A stretch of 64,000 nucleotides of DNA from positions 87,819-151,818 of the forward strand of contig JAUSCZ010000023.1 of the NCBI GenBank assembly GCA_030674475.1. Direction: 5' to 3'. Positions 38,670 to 47,368 of this stretch are shown here, one piece after another. Each line of letters begins with the position of its first letter. The stretch's first letter is position 1. Below the pieces are notes generated by a model that had not been told where the DNA came from, made no database searches, and worked only from the letters and a program-made list of their open reading frames with translations. The position numbers were made by a program, and so were the translations under genes. This DNA is from Candidatus Omnitrophota bacterium. GTDB lineage: Bacteria; Omnitrophota; Gorgyraeia; Gygaellales; UBA12090.

Positions 38670-39700
38670 GCAAAACGATGCGTAAAACTTTTATCTCTGA
38701 AATCAAAGAAATCATAAACCAATCACGCAGAGCGGCCATTCGTAATGTGGACTTTCAACGTGTGTTAATGTATTGGCATATTGGGAAAGGTATATTTGAA
38801 GAAGAACAGCATGGCAAAGAGCGAGCTTACTATGGTGATTATCTTATTAAGAACCTGGCTAAAGAATTGGAACCAGAATATGGAAGTGGTTTCTCAGTAA
38901 GAATTTTGGAAATCAGCCGCCAATTTTATCGTACTTATCCAATTGCGAACGCGCTGCGTTCGCAATTGAACTGGAGTCAGTACCGGCTTTTGTTACGCAT
39001 TGGGAATCAGGATAAAAGAGAATACTATCTGCTCGAAGCAATTAATAATAGCTGGACTGGCAGGGAATTGGAGAGACAGATAAACTCAGGTCTGTATGAA
39101 CGATTGTTATTAAGCAACAATAAAGAAGCGGTTTTATCTGTAGCCCGCAAAGAGAAGATGCCTGAAGAACCGCAGGAAATCATCAAAGACCCAATGGTGT
39201 TAGAATTCCTTGGTTTGGAGCGTAAAGCAAAATACTATGAAAGAGATCTCGAAACCGCGATAATCAATCATCTTCAAATCTTCTTGCTGGAATTGGGAAA
39301 TGGTTTTTCTTTTGTAGCAAGACAAAAGCGGATACTCTTAGAAGATGATGAGTTTTTTGTGGACTTGGTGTTTTACAACCGCTTGCTGCGGTGTTTTGTC
39401 ATTATTGAGATCAAAGCGCAAAAACTCACGCATCAGGATTTAGGACAGCTGCAAATGTATGTGAATTACTACGACCGCACTGAAAAGTTACCAAAAGAAA
39501 ATCCGACTATCGGAATTTTACTTTGCGCTGATAAAAATAATACAGCGGTTAAATTTGCCCTCCCGGAAGATAATAAGACGATTTTGACGAGTCAATATCA
39601 GTTGTATCTGCCCACAGAAAAGCAGTTAATCAGTGAAGTAAAAAAAGACTTGGAAAGATACCGCATGGGCAGCCAACAGGATAACGGGGACGAGAAATGA
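38666..39700 (+). CDS. DUF1016 (YhcG-like) PD-(D/E)xK nuclease-family protein
   Basis: N-terminal YhcG_N-like block (NVDFQRVLMYWHIGKGIFEEEQHGKERAYYGDYLIKNLAKELEPEYGSGFSVRILEISRQFYRTYP). C-terminal PD-(D/E)xK core (VDLVFYNRLLRCFVIIEIKAQK). Confidence 0.7.
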   Translation: MSKTMRKTFISEIKEIINQSRRAAIRNVDFQRVLMYWHIGKGIFEEEQHGKERAYYGDYLIKNLAKELEPEYGSGFSVRILEISRQFYRTYPIANALRSQLNWSQYRLLLRIGNQDKREYYLLEAINNSWTGRELERQINSGLYERLLLSNNKEAVLSVARKEKMPEEPQEIIKDPMVLEFLGLERKAKYYERDLETAIINHLQIFLLELGNGFSFVARQKRILLEDDEFFVDLVFYNRLLRCFVIIEIKAQKLTHQDLGQLQMYVNYYDRTEKLPKENPTIGILLCADKNNTAVKFALPEDNKTILTSQYQLYLPTEKQLISEVKKDLERYRMGSQQDNGDEK

Positions 39701-39909
39701 TTGCGGCAGTTGATGCCGGAAGATTGTTGATTGTTACACCGTTTGTAAATAGCGTGAAGCGCGTATCAGCAGAAACCGCGGAAAAAAGAAATCGATTCAT
39801 GTTTGAACTGGCGGATGAGATTGCCATTGGCTATGCCGGCAAGGGCGGTATGTTAGAGAGGCTGGTTGCAGAAGTTAAAGGTAAGAAAGTAATCAGGATT
39901 CAAGAATGA
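39697..39909 (+). CDS. short ORF (70 aa), probable gene remnant of unknown family
   Basis: Coupled to the DUF1016 stop. Contains IVTPF...GYAGKGGMLERL resembling the C-terminal part of a Rossmann-like enzyme; no full domain. Confidence 0.25.
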   Translation: MIAAVDAGRLLIVTPFVNSVKRVSAETAEKRNRFMFELADEIAIGYAGKGGMLERLVAEVKGKKVIRIQE

Positions 39910-39942
39910 ATGTCCCGCTAATCTTTCTCCAGGAGGTGAAAA

Positions 39943-41904
39943 ATGGACTCAAGGGCGAAAAAAATGGAAACAGTTTCATCGGAAAATAGGCAATTCCCTC
40001 CGTCAGAGGCTTTCCGCCGGCAGGCCTATATTTCTTCAATGGCAGAGTACACCAAACTCTATAAAAAAAGTATTCGCGATCCCGAAGGTTATTGGGAATC
40101 CGTGGCCAAGGAACTTACCTGGTTTCAGAAATGGGATAAAGTCCTGGATGAGAGCGGCGCCCCTTTTTACAAATGGTTTGTCAACGGAAAAACAAATATT
40201 ACCTATAACTGCCTTGACCGCCATTTAGGAAGCGCGACGGGTAATAAGGCGGCGCTGATCTGGGAAGGGGAGACCGGGGAACAGCGCACGCTTACCTATA
40301 TCCAGCTCCACCGGCAGGTATGCCGGTTTGCCAATGCTTTAAAAAATATGGGTATTGGCCGCGGTGACCGGGTGGCTATTTACCTGCCTATGATTCCGGA
40401 GCTGGTTATCAGTATGCTGGCCTGCGCCAGGATAGGGGCGGTGCATTCGGTGATTTTCGCGGGATTTTCCGCGGACTCTATCCGTGACCGCGCGCTTGAT
40501 TGCGAGGCTAAGCTTATTATCACCGCTGATGGCGGATGGCGCCGGGGTAACATTTTACAGCTAAAAAATATTGTGGATGAAGCGATGCATGAGTGCGCCT
40601 GCGTTAAAAACATTATTGTAGTCAGGCGCTCTCCGGATAATTCTTTTCCCTGCCATATGAAAGAAGGGCGCGACCATTGGTATCATAGCATTATTGACGG
40701 TGTTTCTTCGGAGTGCGCGCCTCTGCCAATGGATAGCGAAGATATGCTTTTCCTTCTTTATACCAGCGGAACCACCGGCAAGCCCAAGGGAATTATCCAT
40801 ACCACCGGTGGATATATGGTGTATACCTACATTACTACCAAATATGTATTTGATTTAAAACCTCACGATGTTTATTGGTGCACTGCTGATATTGGGTGGG
40901 TTACCGGCCATAGCTATACGGTGTATGGGCCGCTGGCTAACGCCGCAACAGTGCTTATTTACGAAGGCGCGCCGAACTGGCCGGATAAAGGGCGCCTATG
41001 GAAAATGGTTGAGGAACATTCGGTAACCATATTCTATACCGCGCCGACCGCTATTCGCTCATTTATGAAATGGGGAGATGAATGGCCCAATAAATACAAT
41101 CTTTCCTCACTGCGCTTACTGGGGACAGTGGGAGAGTCAATTAACCCTGAGGCCTGGATGTGGTATCAACGCGCTATCGGTAAAGACCGATGTCCTATTG
41201 TGGATACCTGGTGGCAGACTGAAACCGGCGGGATTATGATTACTCCTTTACCCGGCTGCACATCTACCAAGCCGGGCAGCGCCACTCTGCCTTTTTTTGG
41301 GATAGAGGCGGCAGTTTTATCGGAAGAAGGTAAAGATGTTGAAGCCGGGATACTTGCTATCTGTAAGCCGTGGCCGGGAATGTTGCGGGGGATTTACGGT
41401 GATAATGAACGTTATAAGCAGGCCTATTGGTCAAAATGGCCGGGAAAATATTTTCCCGGGGACGGTGCCAAGAAAGACAAAGACGGTTATTATTGGATTT
41501 TGGGCCGGATAGACGATGTGGTTAATGTTGCCGGGCACAGGATAGGCACCGCGGAGCTGGAGAGCGTGTTTGTTGAGCATGAGACTGTCGCGGAAGCGGC
41601 AGTTATTAGTATTGACCATGAAATTAAGGGTCAGTGTTTGGTGGGTTTTATCAGTTTAAAAGAAAGCCGTCAAGCTGATGATAAACTGGCTGAGGAATTA
41701 AAAGAGTGGATTGGCAAAAAGATTGGACGATTCGCCATGCCGGAGAAAATTATTTTTGCCTCCGACCTTCCTAAAACCCGATCGGGAAAGATTATGCGAC
41801 GCCTCCTGCGTGATATCGCTAGCGGACGCGCGTTGGGTAATGTTGCTACTTTGGCCGACGCCAGTGTGGTTGAGCAATTAAAAAAGAAATACGAAGAGGA
41901 TTAG
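39943..41904 (+). CDS. acs: acetyl-CoA synthetase (AMP-forming)
   Basis: [14 protein letters not shown]-binding motif, [27 protein letters not shown]-terminal [11 protein letters not shown]; 653 aa. Confidence 0.85.
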   Translation: MDSRAKKMETVSSENRQFPPSEAFRRQAYISSMAEYTKLYKKSIRDPEGYWESVAKELTWFQKWDKVLDESGAPFYKWFVNGKTNITYNCLDRHLGSATGNKAALIWEGETGEQRTLTYIQLHRQVCRFANALKNMGIGRGDRVAIYLPMIPELVISMLACARIGAVHSVIFAGFSADSIRDRALDCEAKLIITADGGWRRGNILQLKNIVDEAMHECACVKNIIVVRRSPDNSFPCHMKEGRDHWYHSIIDGVSSECAPLPMDSEDMLFLLYTSGTTGKPKGIIHTTGGYMVYTYITTKYVFDLKPHDVYWCTADIGWVTGHSYTVYGPLANAATVLIYEGAPNWPDKGRLWKMVEEHSVTIFYTAPTAIRSFMKWGDEWPNKYNLSSLRLLGTVGESINPEAWMWYQRAIGKDRCPIVDTWWQTETGGIMITPLPGCTSTKPGSATLPFFGIEAAVLSEEGKDVEAGILAICKPWPGMLRGIYGDNERYKQAYWSKWPGKYFPGDGAKKDKDGYYWILGRIDDVVNVAGHRIGTAELESVFVEHETVAEAAVISIDHEIKGQCLVGFISLKESRQADDKLAEELKEWIGKKIGRFAMPEKIIFASDLPKTRSGKIMRRLLRDIASGRALGNVATLADASVVEQLKKKYEED

Positions 41905-41923
41905 AAAAAACATGGGAGCGGAT

Positions 41924-42052
41924 ATGATTAAGAAAACATTCAAGTTTATTATTGTGGGGATATTGTTGCTGTCTACTTCAGGCTGTGCCTTATTGGGTAT
42001 CGCGGCGAGCGCGGCGGCCAGCTATGGAATTTACCAGGCTACCAGGAAATAA
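41924..42052 (+). CDS. small lipoprotein peptide (42 aa, entericidin-like size)
   Basis: ATG at 41924 preceded by GGGAG. MIKKTFKFIIVGILLLSTSGC lipobox; below the ORF-track length cutoff. Confidence 0.4.
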   Translation: MIKKTFKFIIVGILLLSTSGCALLGIAASAAASYGIYQATRK

Positions 42053-42246
42053 ACTCAGGCCCTGGACTTAAAACTTGGCAGACACCTTGGCGTTTTGGCT
42101 ATATTGAAAGCCAATGCCAAAGATATTAAATAAAAGGATTGGATTCCGCGAAGGGTTTATGCTAATATAGCGGAAGTTTAATTATAGGCTCTTGCCGGAG
42201 TTTTTAGAGAAGTTGGCAGGAGAGAGTATTACAAAAAGGAGGTAAG

Positions 42247-42417
42247 ATGGGATATCAAGATGGTGGTGGTGGTGGATTTAATAGGGGGCCGCGGGAAATG
42301 CACAAAGCGGTTTGCGATGATTGCAAAAAAGAGTGCGAAGTTCCTTTCAAGCCCAGCGGAGGCCGTCCGATTTACTGTAAGGATTGTTTCTCTAAGCGCA
42401 AAGACAGCGGTCGTTAA
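42247..42417 (+). CDS. small zinc-ribbon protein (56 aa, Gly-rich N-terminus, CxxC...CxxC)
   Basis: MGYQDGGGGGFNRGPREMHKAVCDDCKKECEVPFKPSGGRPIYCKDCFSKRKDSGR. AAAGGAGGT 4 nt upstream of ATG, intrinsic terminator immediately downstream; missed by the 60-aa ORF cutoff. Confidence 0.55.
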   Translation: MGYQDGGGGGFNRGPREMHKAVCDDCKKECEVPFKPSGGRPIYCKDCFSKRKDSGR

Positions 42418-42430
42418 GAAGGCCATAAAG

Positions 42431-42476
42431 GAAACAAAAGGGACGGTTCTATTTTTTAAAGAATAGAATCGTCCCT
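42431..42476 (+). terminator. intrinsic terminator after the zinc-ribbon gene
   Basis: aaagggacggttcta-ttttttaaagaa-tagaatcgtccctttt: about 14-bp stem followed by a T run. Confidence 0.6.
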
Positions 42477-42527
42477 TTTGTTCAAATATCGTTGCCTGGC
42501 ATTATTTCTTGTGATAAGATAAGGCTT

Positions 42528-44252
42528 ATGAACGTGGATATTACCATAAAAATAGCCGGGGAGGCCGGCCAGGGCTTGCAGACTATTGGCCGGCTTCTGG
42601 CTAAGGCGTTTTCCCGGGGAGGCTGGCATGTATTTGCCAATCAGGTTTTGCAATCAAGAATCCGGGGCGGGCACAATTGGTTTCAAGTCCGAGTCTCGGA
42701 TATTAAAATTTTGGCCCCCGCGGAGGTTACTGATATTCTGATTGCCCTGGATAATGAAAGTGTTTATCATACCCGAGAGCTTAGTGAAAATTCGATTACC
42801 ATCTTTGATTCTTCCCTGATTAAATATAATTCCGAAAAGGGATTAATTTTGGATATTCCCTTTGAAAAGACCGCCAAAGAAAGCGGGGGAAATAAGCTGA
42901 TAAGTAATACCGTGGCCCTGGGAGCGGTGTTAGGCCTTCTGGAATACGATATAAATATTTTATTTGGCCTGCTTAAGGAAAGCTTTCAAGAAAAGGATCA
43001 AGGGATTGTTCAGGCTAATATTCAGGCGGCCCAGGCCGGATACAATCTCGCCTACCAAAAGATTAAAGCAAATAAGCTTCCCCGTTTAAACAGGACAAAC
43101 GGCCATCCGAGGATGCTGATTAATGGAAGCGAGACCATAGCTTTAGGGGCCTTGGCCGCCGGATGTAAATTTATCTCAGCTTATCCGATGAGCCCTTCCA
43201 CCGGCATAATGACCTATCTTGCTTCCCAGGCGGAGGAGTTTAAGGTATTAGTGGAGCAGTCCGAGGATGAGATTGCTTCCATAAATCTGGCCTTAGGGGC
43301 TTCTTATGCCGGGGTCCGGGCCATGACCGCTACCAGCGGCGGAGGTTTCGCCCTGATGGTTGAGGGCCTCAGCTTAGCCGGGATGACTGAAACCCCAATA
43401 GTTATTGTGGATGCCCAAAGGCCGGGCCCGGCCACCGGTCTGCCTACCCGGACCGCCCAGGAGGATTTGGAGTATGTAATTTATGCCGGTCACGGTGAAT
43501 CTCCCCGGGCGGTATTGGCTCCTCTAAGCATAGAAGATGCCTTTTATCTGACGGTAAAGGCCTTTAACCTGGCGGATAAATACCAGATACCGGTAATAAT
43601 TTTGAGCGACCAATTATTAGCTGATTCCTATTTAACCGTGGATAGTTTTGATGTTGAAAGCCTAAAGATTGAAAGGCATATCTTAAGCGATGAGGAGTTA
43701 AAGAATATAAAAAACTACAAAAGATACCAAATTACCGATTCGGGAATTTCTCCCCGGGCCTTGCCGGGAAATCCTTACGGCCTGGTGGTGGCGGATAGTG
43801 ATGAACACGATGAAGAGGGCCATATTACCGAGGATGTGGATTATATACGCCCGGAGATGGTCAAGAAAAGAAATCGTAAGACAGCCGGTTTATTGAAAGA
43901 GATGTCCGCGCCGATACAATACGGCCCCCCGGAGGCCAAAAACATAATCATCGGTTGGGGTTCAAGTTACGGCGCGCTTAAAGAAGCGGTGGATATCCTG
44001 AATTCGGAAAAAGAAAAGGTGAGCTTAGCGCATTTTAACCAGGTCTGGCCTTTAAATAAAGAATATTTTGACTTTCTGAATACGGCGGAATTCGTCTGCG
44101 TTGCGGAAAATAATTTCCGCGGGCAATTCGCCCATTTGATTGCCGGGGAAACCGGAAAGGTAATCAAAAACAGGATAAATAAATTTAACGGCTTGCCTTT
44201 TTCGGCGGCAGAGATAGTCCGGGAATATAAGAGGCTAAAAAATAGTTTATAG
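42528..44252 (+). CDS. korA: 2-oxoacid:ferredoxin oxidoreductase, fused gamma-alpha subunit (ORF opens with TTG at 42492; ATG at 42528 preferred)
   Basis: N-terminal gamma-like domain (IKIAGEAGQGLQT), alpha domain (SETIALGALAAGCKFISAYPMSPST), C-terminal domain III; 574 aa from 42528. Confidence 0.8.
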   Translation: MNVDITIKIAGEAGQGLQTIGRLLAKAFSRGGWHVFANQVLQSRIRGGHNWFQVRVSDIKILAPAEVTDILIALDNESVYHTRELSENSITIFDSSLIKYNSEKGLILDIPFEKTAKESGGNKLISNTVALGAVLGLLEYDINILFGLLKESFQEKDQGIVQANIQAAQAGYNLAYQKIKANKLPRLNRTNGHPRMLINGSETIALGALAAGCKFISAYPMSPSTGIMTYLASQAEEFKVLVEQSEDEIASINLALGASYAGVRAMTATSGGGFALMVEGLSLAGMTETPIVIVDAQRPGPATGLPTRTAQEDLEYVIYAGHGESPRAVLAPLSIEDAFYLTVKAFNLADKYQIPVIILSDQLLADSYLTVDSFDVESLKIERHILSDEELKNIKNYKRYQITDSGISPRALPGNPYGLVVADSDEHDEEGHITEDVDYIRPEMVKKRNRKTAGLLKEMSAPIQYGPPEAKNIIIGWGSSYGALKEAVDILNSEKEKVSLAHFNQVWPLNKEYFDFLNTAEFVCVAENNFRGQFAHLIAGETGKVIKNRINKFNGLPFSAAEIVREYKRLKNSL

Positions 44253-44329
44253 TTTATAGTTGATAGTTTATAGTTAATAGCAAATATAGCTAAAACCCTA
44301 AACCCTAAACCCTAAACCCTAAACTAAAT
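44244..44329 (+). mobile_element. heptamer-array element copy A: (AGTTKAT)x5 - AGCAAATATAGCT - (AAACCCT)x4, filling the korA-korB gap
   Basis: Tandem 7-mers read directly. The korA stop codon lies inside the first array and the korB ATG abuts the last repeat; related copies at 52528-52638 and 59918-60024. Confidence 0.6.
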
Positions 44330-45184
44330 ATGATGGTTGATTTGAACAGTTTTGGAAAATTTGAAACGGCCTGGTGTCCGGGATGCGGAGACTTCGGGAT
44401 TCTGGGGGCGCTCAAAGACGCCTTGGTTAAGCTTGACCTTGAGCCGCATAAAATGGTCCTGGTTTCCGGCATAGGCCAGGCGGCGAAATTGCCCCATTAT
44501 CTTTATAGTAATGTTTTTAACGGCCTGCACGGCCGGGCCATTCCGGCGGCCACCGGCATCAAGATGGCCAACAATAAATTGACGGTGTTAGTTACCTCCG
44601 GTGACGGGGATATCTATGGCGAAGGCGGTAATCATCTTATCCACGCTATCCGCCGGAATATAGATATAACCGTGATAGTGCATAATAATCAGGTGTATGC
44701 CCTCACCCTGGGCCAGGCTTCTCCCACCAGTGACTTAGGCTATGTAACCAGGGTCCAGCCGCGCGGGGTGATTGATGAGCCGATTCATCCTCTGGCTATG
44801 GCCATAGCTTTGGGCGCAGGTTTCGCGGCCAGGAGTTTTGCCGGGGACAAGGAGCATCTTTCTTTGATGATTCAGGAGGGGGTAAAATACCGGGGTTTGG
44901 CCATTATTGATGTCTTGCAGTGGTGCGTTACCTTTAATAAAAAAAATAATTTTGCCTGGTATAAAAAACGGGTTTATAAATTAGGGCCGGAGTATGATTC
45001 TTCTGATAAAACTAAGGCCTTAGAAAAATCCCTGGAATGGGGAGATAAAATTCCCCTGGGAATAATCTATAAGAACGGCCGACCCAGTTTTGAAGAGGCC
45101 TACGGCCTGCCGAAAGACAAGGCCCTGGTAGATGAGGAAATTGAGCCGGCCAAAGTAAATTCAATCTTAAAGGAATTTATTTAG
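44330..45184 (+). CDS. korB: 2-oxoacid:ferredoxin oxidoreductase beta subunit (TPP-binding)
   Basis: CPGCGDFGIL N-terminal motif and TPP-binding GDGD (TSGDGDIYGEGGNH). Confidence 0.85.
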   Translation: MMVDLNSFGKFETAWCPGCGDFGILGALKDALVKLDLEPHKMVLVSGIGQAAKLPHYLYSNVFNGLHGRAIPAATGIKMANNKLTVLVTSGDGDIYGEGGNHLIHAIRRNIDITVIVHNNQVYALTLGQASPTSDLGYVTRVQPRGVIDEPIHPLAMAIALGAGFAARSFAGDKEHLSLMIQEGVKYRGLAIIDVLQWCVTFNKKNNFAWYKKRVYKLGPEYDSSDKTKALEKSLEWGDKIPLGIIYKNGRPSFEEAYGLPKDKALVDEEIEPAKVNSILKEFI

Positions 45185-45192
45185 AGATAAAG

Positions 45193-47061
45193 ATGATTGA
45201 TTATCGGAATTTTTTATCCAGCCTTTCTAAAAAGCAGTGGGAAAGGATTGGTTTACAGCGGCGCTCCGGGGTAGTCGCGCCTTTGTTTTCCCTTTATTCG
45301 CAATACAGCTCCGGAATAGGGGAATTGACGGATTTAATCTTTTTGATTGATTGGTGTAAGGCTTGCGGGATGAGTATTATCCAATTACTTCCGATGAATG
45401 ATGTGGGTTTTGACTTCCGGCCTTACGATGCCCAGAGCACTTTTGCCCTGGAGCCGATGTATCTGTCTTTGCGGGGGCTAAAGGCAGTCAAGATGTCTGC
45501 TTTTAAGGCTAAGCTGGATAAGCTCAGTGAGAAGTTTCCGGCCGGGGGAGAGCGGGTGGATTATGGAATAAAACAGGCTAAGCTAGAGCTTCTCTGGGGA
45601 GTCTTCGAGAATCACCGGGATTTGACTGACTCCGGCGGCGTTAAAGATTTCAACCGTTATTTAGAGGAGAATAAATTTTGGCTCGCGGATTATGCCTTAT
45701 TCAAGGTAATTAAGGAAAAGAATAATCAGTCCGGATGGGAAGCCTGGGAAGATAAGCTGAAATATCGGGATCAAAAGGCCCTTGAATTATTTGAGCAAGA
45801 TAATTTAGAAAGGATAAGTTTTCACAAATGGCTGCAGTGGCAGTTATATGAGCAGTTTAGGGTGATCAAGAAATATGCCCAAGGCCGGCAGGTTTTCATA
45901 ATGGGAGATTTGCCGTTTTTGGTTTCCCGGGACAGCGCTGATGTCTGGGCCAAGCAGGATTATTTTAAGTTGCATCTTTGCTCCGGAGCGCCCCCGGATA
46001 TGTATTTTGCTCACGGCCAGCGCTGGGGGATGCCGGTGTATAATTGGCCGGCGATTGAGAAGAATGATTACGATTACCTGAAAGAAAAATTAAAATATGC
46101 CCAGAATTTCTACGATTTTTTTCGGATAGACCATGTGGTGGGAATATTCCGGGTCTGGACTATACCTTTAGATGAGCCTCAGGAAACCGGCGGCCTAAAT
46201 GGCACCTTTGACCCGGCTGATGAAAGCGTATGGGAGGAACACGGCCGCAAGATCCTTACGGTGATGGTGGAAAATACCACTATGCTGCCTTGCGCCGAGG
46301 ACTTAGGGGTAATACCACCTTGTTCTAATAAAGTTTTGTATGAACTGGGCATCCCCGGCATAGAGGTCCAGCGCTGGTCTAAGGATTGGGGCCGGACCTA
46401 TAATTTTAAGGCCCCGGGTGATTACCGGATAAATTCGGTGGCTACGGTTTCAACTCACGACAGCAGTTCGCTGTGCGCCTGGTGGCAGTTTGAGGCCGGG
46501 ACTATTGATGAACAGCTTTTTAAGAGAAAGTGCAAAAAATGGGGAGTGAACTTTGAGGAGTTAAGGAATGAACTTTTTGATTTAAAGCAATCAACGCATA
46601 ACCGTCTGCGCTGGAAAGAGAGCGTCCAAAACCCGGATGTCCTGCTTGAGAAATTGAAATTACCCCGGGATAGGGCCGGAGAATTTATCAATTTGTACTT
46701 AGAATCCCACGGAGAAAAAGGCAAGTTCTTAAATTATTTGGAGCCACAGGCGAAGCAGAAGGCAGGTCCTTCCGAGCCCGCTCGCATAGCTATGGAGAAG
46801 GCCTGTCTTTCTGACCTTATCCGTATGGCTATGGAGAAGGCCAGTAACACCGCTTCTATTTTCAGTATTCAGCTTCTCCATGATTGGATTTCCATAGACT
46901 GCCTGAATGAATGCGACCTTTGGGAATTCCGGATTAATTTTCCCGGAACCGTCAGCCCTAAGAATTGGTCATTAGTTATGCCTTTGTCTTTAGAGGATAT
47001 GCTGGCTTTACCGATGAATACTATTATCAAAAATATTAATTCCAAAGCCGAAAGGATATAA
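45193..47061 (+). CDS. malQ: 4-alpha-glucanotransferase (amylomaltase, GH77)
   Basis: GH77 catalytic motifs (RIDHVVGIFRVW, MGDLPFLVSRDSADVWA, LPCAEDLGVIP, STHDS); 622 aa. Confidence 0.8.
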   Translation: MIDYRNFLSSLSKKQWERIGLQRRSGVVAPLFSLYSQYSSGIGELTDLIFLIDWCKACGMSIIQLLPMNDVGFDFRPYDAQSTFALEPMYLSLRGLKAVKMSAFKAKLDKLSEKFPAGGERVDYGIKQAKLELLWGVFENHRDLTDSGGVKDFNRYLEENKFWLADYALFKVIKEKNNQSGWEAWEDKLKYRDQKALELFEQDNLERISFHKWLQWQLYEQFRVIKKYAQGRQVFIMGDLPFLVSRDSADVWAKQDYFKLHLCSGAPPDMYFAHGQRWGMPVYNWPAIEKNDYDYLKEKLKYAQNFYDFFRIDHVVGIFRVWTIPLDEPQETGGLNGTFDPADESVWEEHGRKILTVMVENTTMLPCAEDLGVIPPCSNKVLYELGIPGIEVQRWSKDWGRTYNFKAPGDYRINSVATVSTHDSSSLCAWWQFEAGTIDEQLFKRKCKKWGVNFEELRNELFDLKQSTHNRLRWKESVQNPDVLLEKLKLPRDRAGEFINLYLESHGEKGKFLNYLEPQAKQKAGPSEPARIAMEKACLSDLIRMAMEKASNTASIFSIQLLHDWISIDCLNECDLWEFRINFPGTVSPKNWSLVMPLSLEDMLALPMNTIIKNINSKAERI

Positions 47062-47063
47062 GT

Positions 47064-47366
47064 ATGTTTATTTTTTCTAACTTTTTAATGGCTATTGCCC
47101 ATATCTTAGAAATTGCTTTGACTATTTTCTATTGGCTAATACTCATCCGGGCTCTGATCAGCTGGGTGAGCCCTGACCCTTATAATCCGGTAGTACAGTT
47201 TCTGGAGAAAGCTACCGAATGGGTGCTCTCGCCGATAAGGAGGATGCTCCCCCATAACCTTAGAATGGGAATTGACCTCTCGCCCCTGATTGCTTTCTTC
47301 GCGATCATGTTCTTAAAGTCGTTTTTGGTCAAGACCTTAGCGGATATAGCGTTAAGAATGAGATAG
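47064..47366 (+). CDS. yggT: YggT/Ycf19-family small membrane protein
   Basis: 100 aa, two TM helices, LIRALISWVSPDPYNPVVQFL...SPIRRMLP characteristic of YggT. Confidence 0.7.
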   Translation: MFIFSNFLMAIAHILEIALTIFYWLILIRALISWVSPDPYNPVVQFLEKATEWVLSPIRRMLPHNLRMGIDLSPLIAFFAIMFLKSFLVKTLADIALRMR

Positions 47367-47368
47367 GG

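Noticed and set aside
42492-42527. TTG start at 42492 for korA, giving an N-terminal MPGIISCDKIRL extension
   Set aside because: The extension is not part of the conserved gamma-domain N-terminus (MNVDITIKIAGEAGQG aligns as the start). ATG at 42528 is preferred, although neither start has a strong SD.
44288-44321. Telomere or eukaryotic-contaminant interpretation of the (AAACCCT)x4 run
   Set aside because: It is embedded between two bacterial operon genes (korA and korB) and matches the right-hand heptamer array of a repeat family present three times in the window.
44244-44329. CRISPR array interpretation of the heptamer tandem repeats (also at 52528-52638 and 59918-60024)
   Set aside because: Repeat units are only 7 bp with no spacers, and there are no cas genes nearby. 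They are tandem heptamer arrays, not CRISPR repeats.
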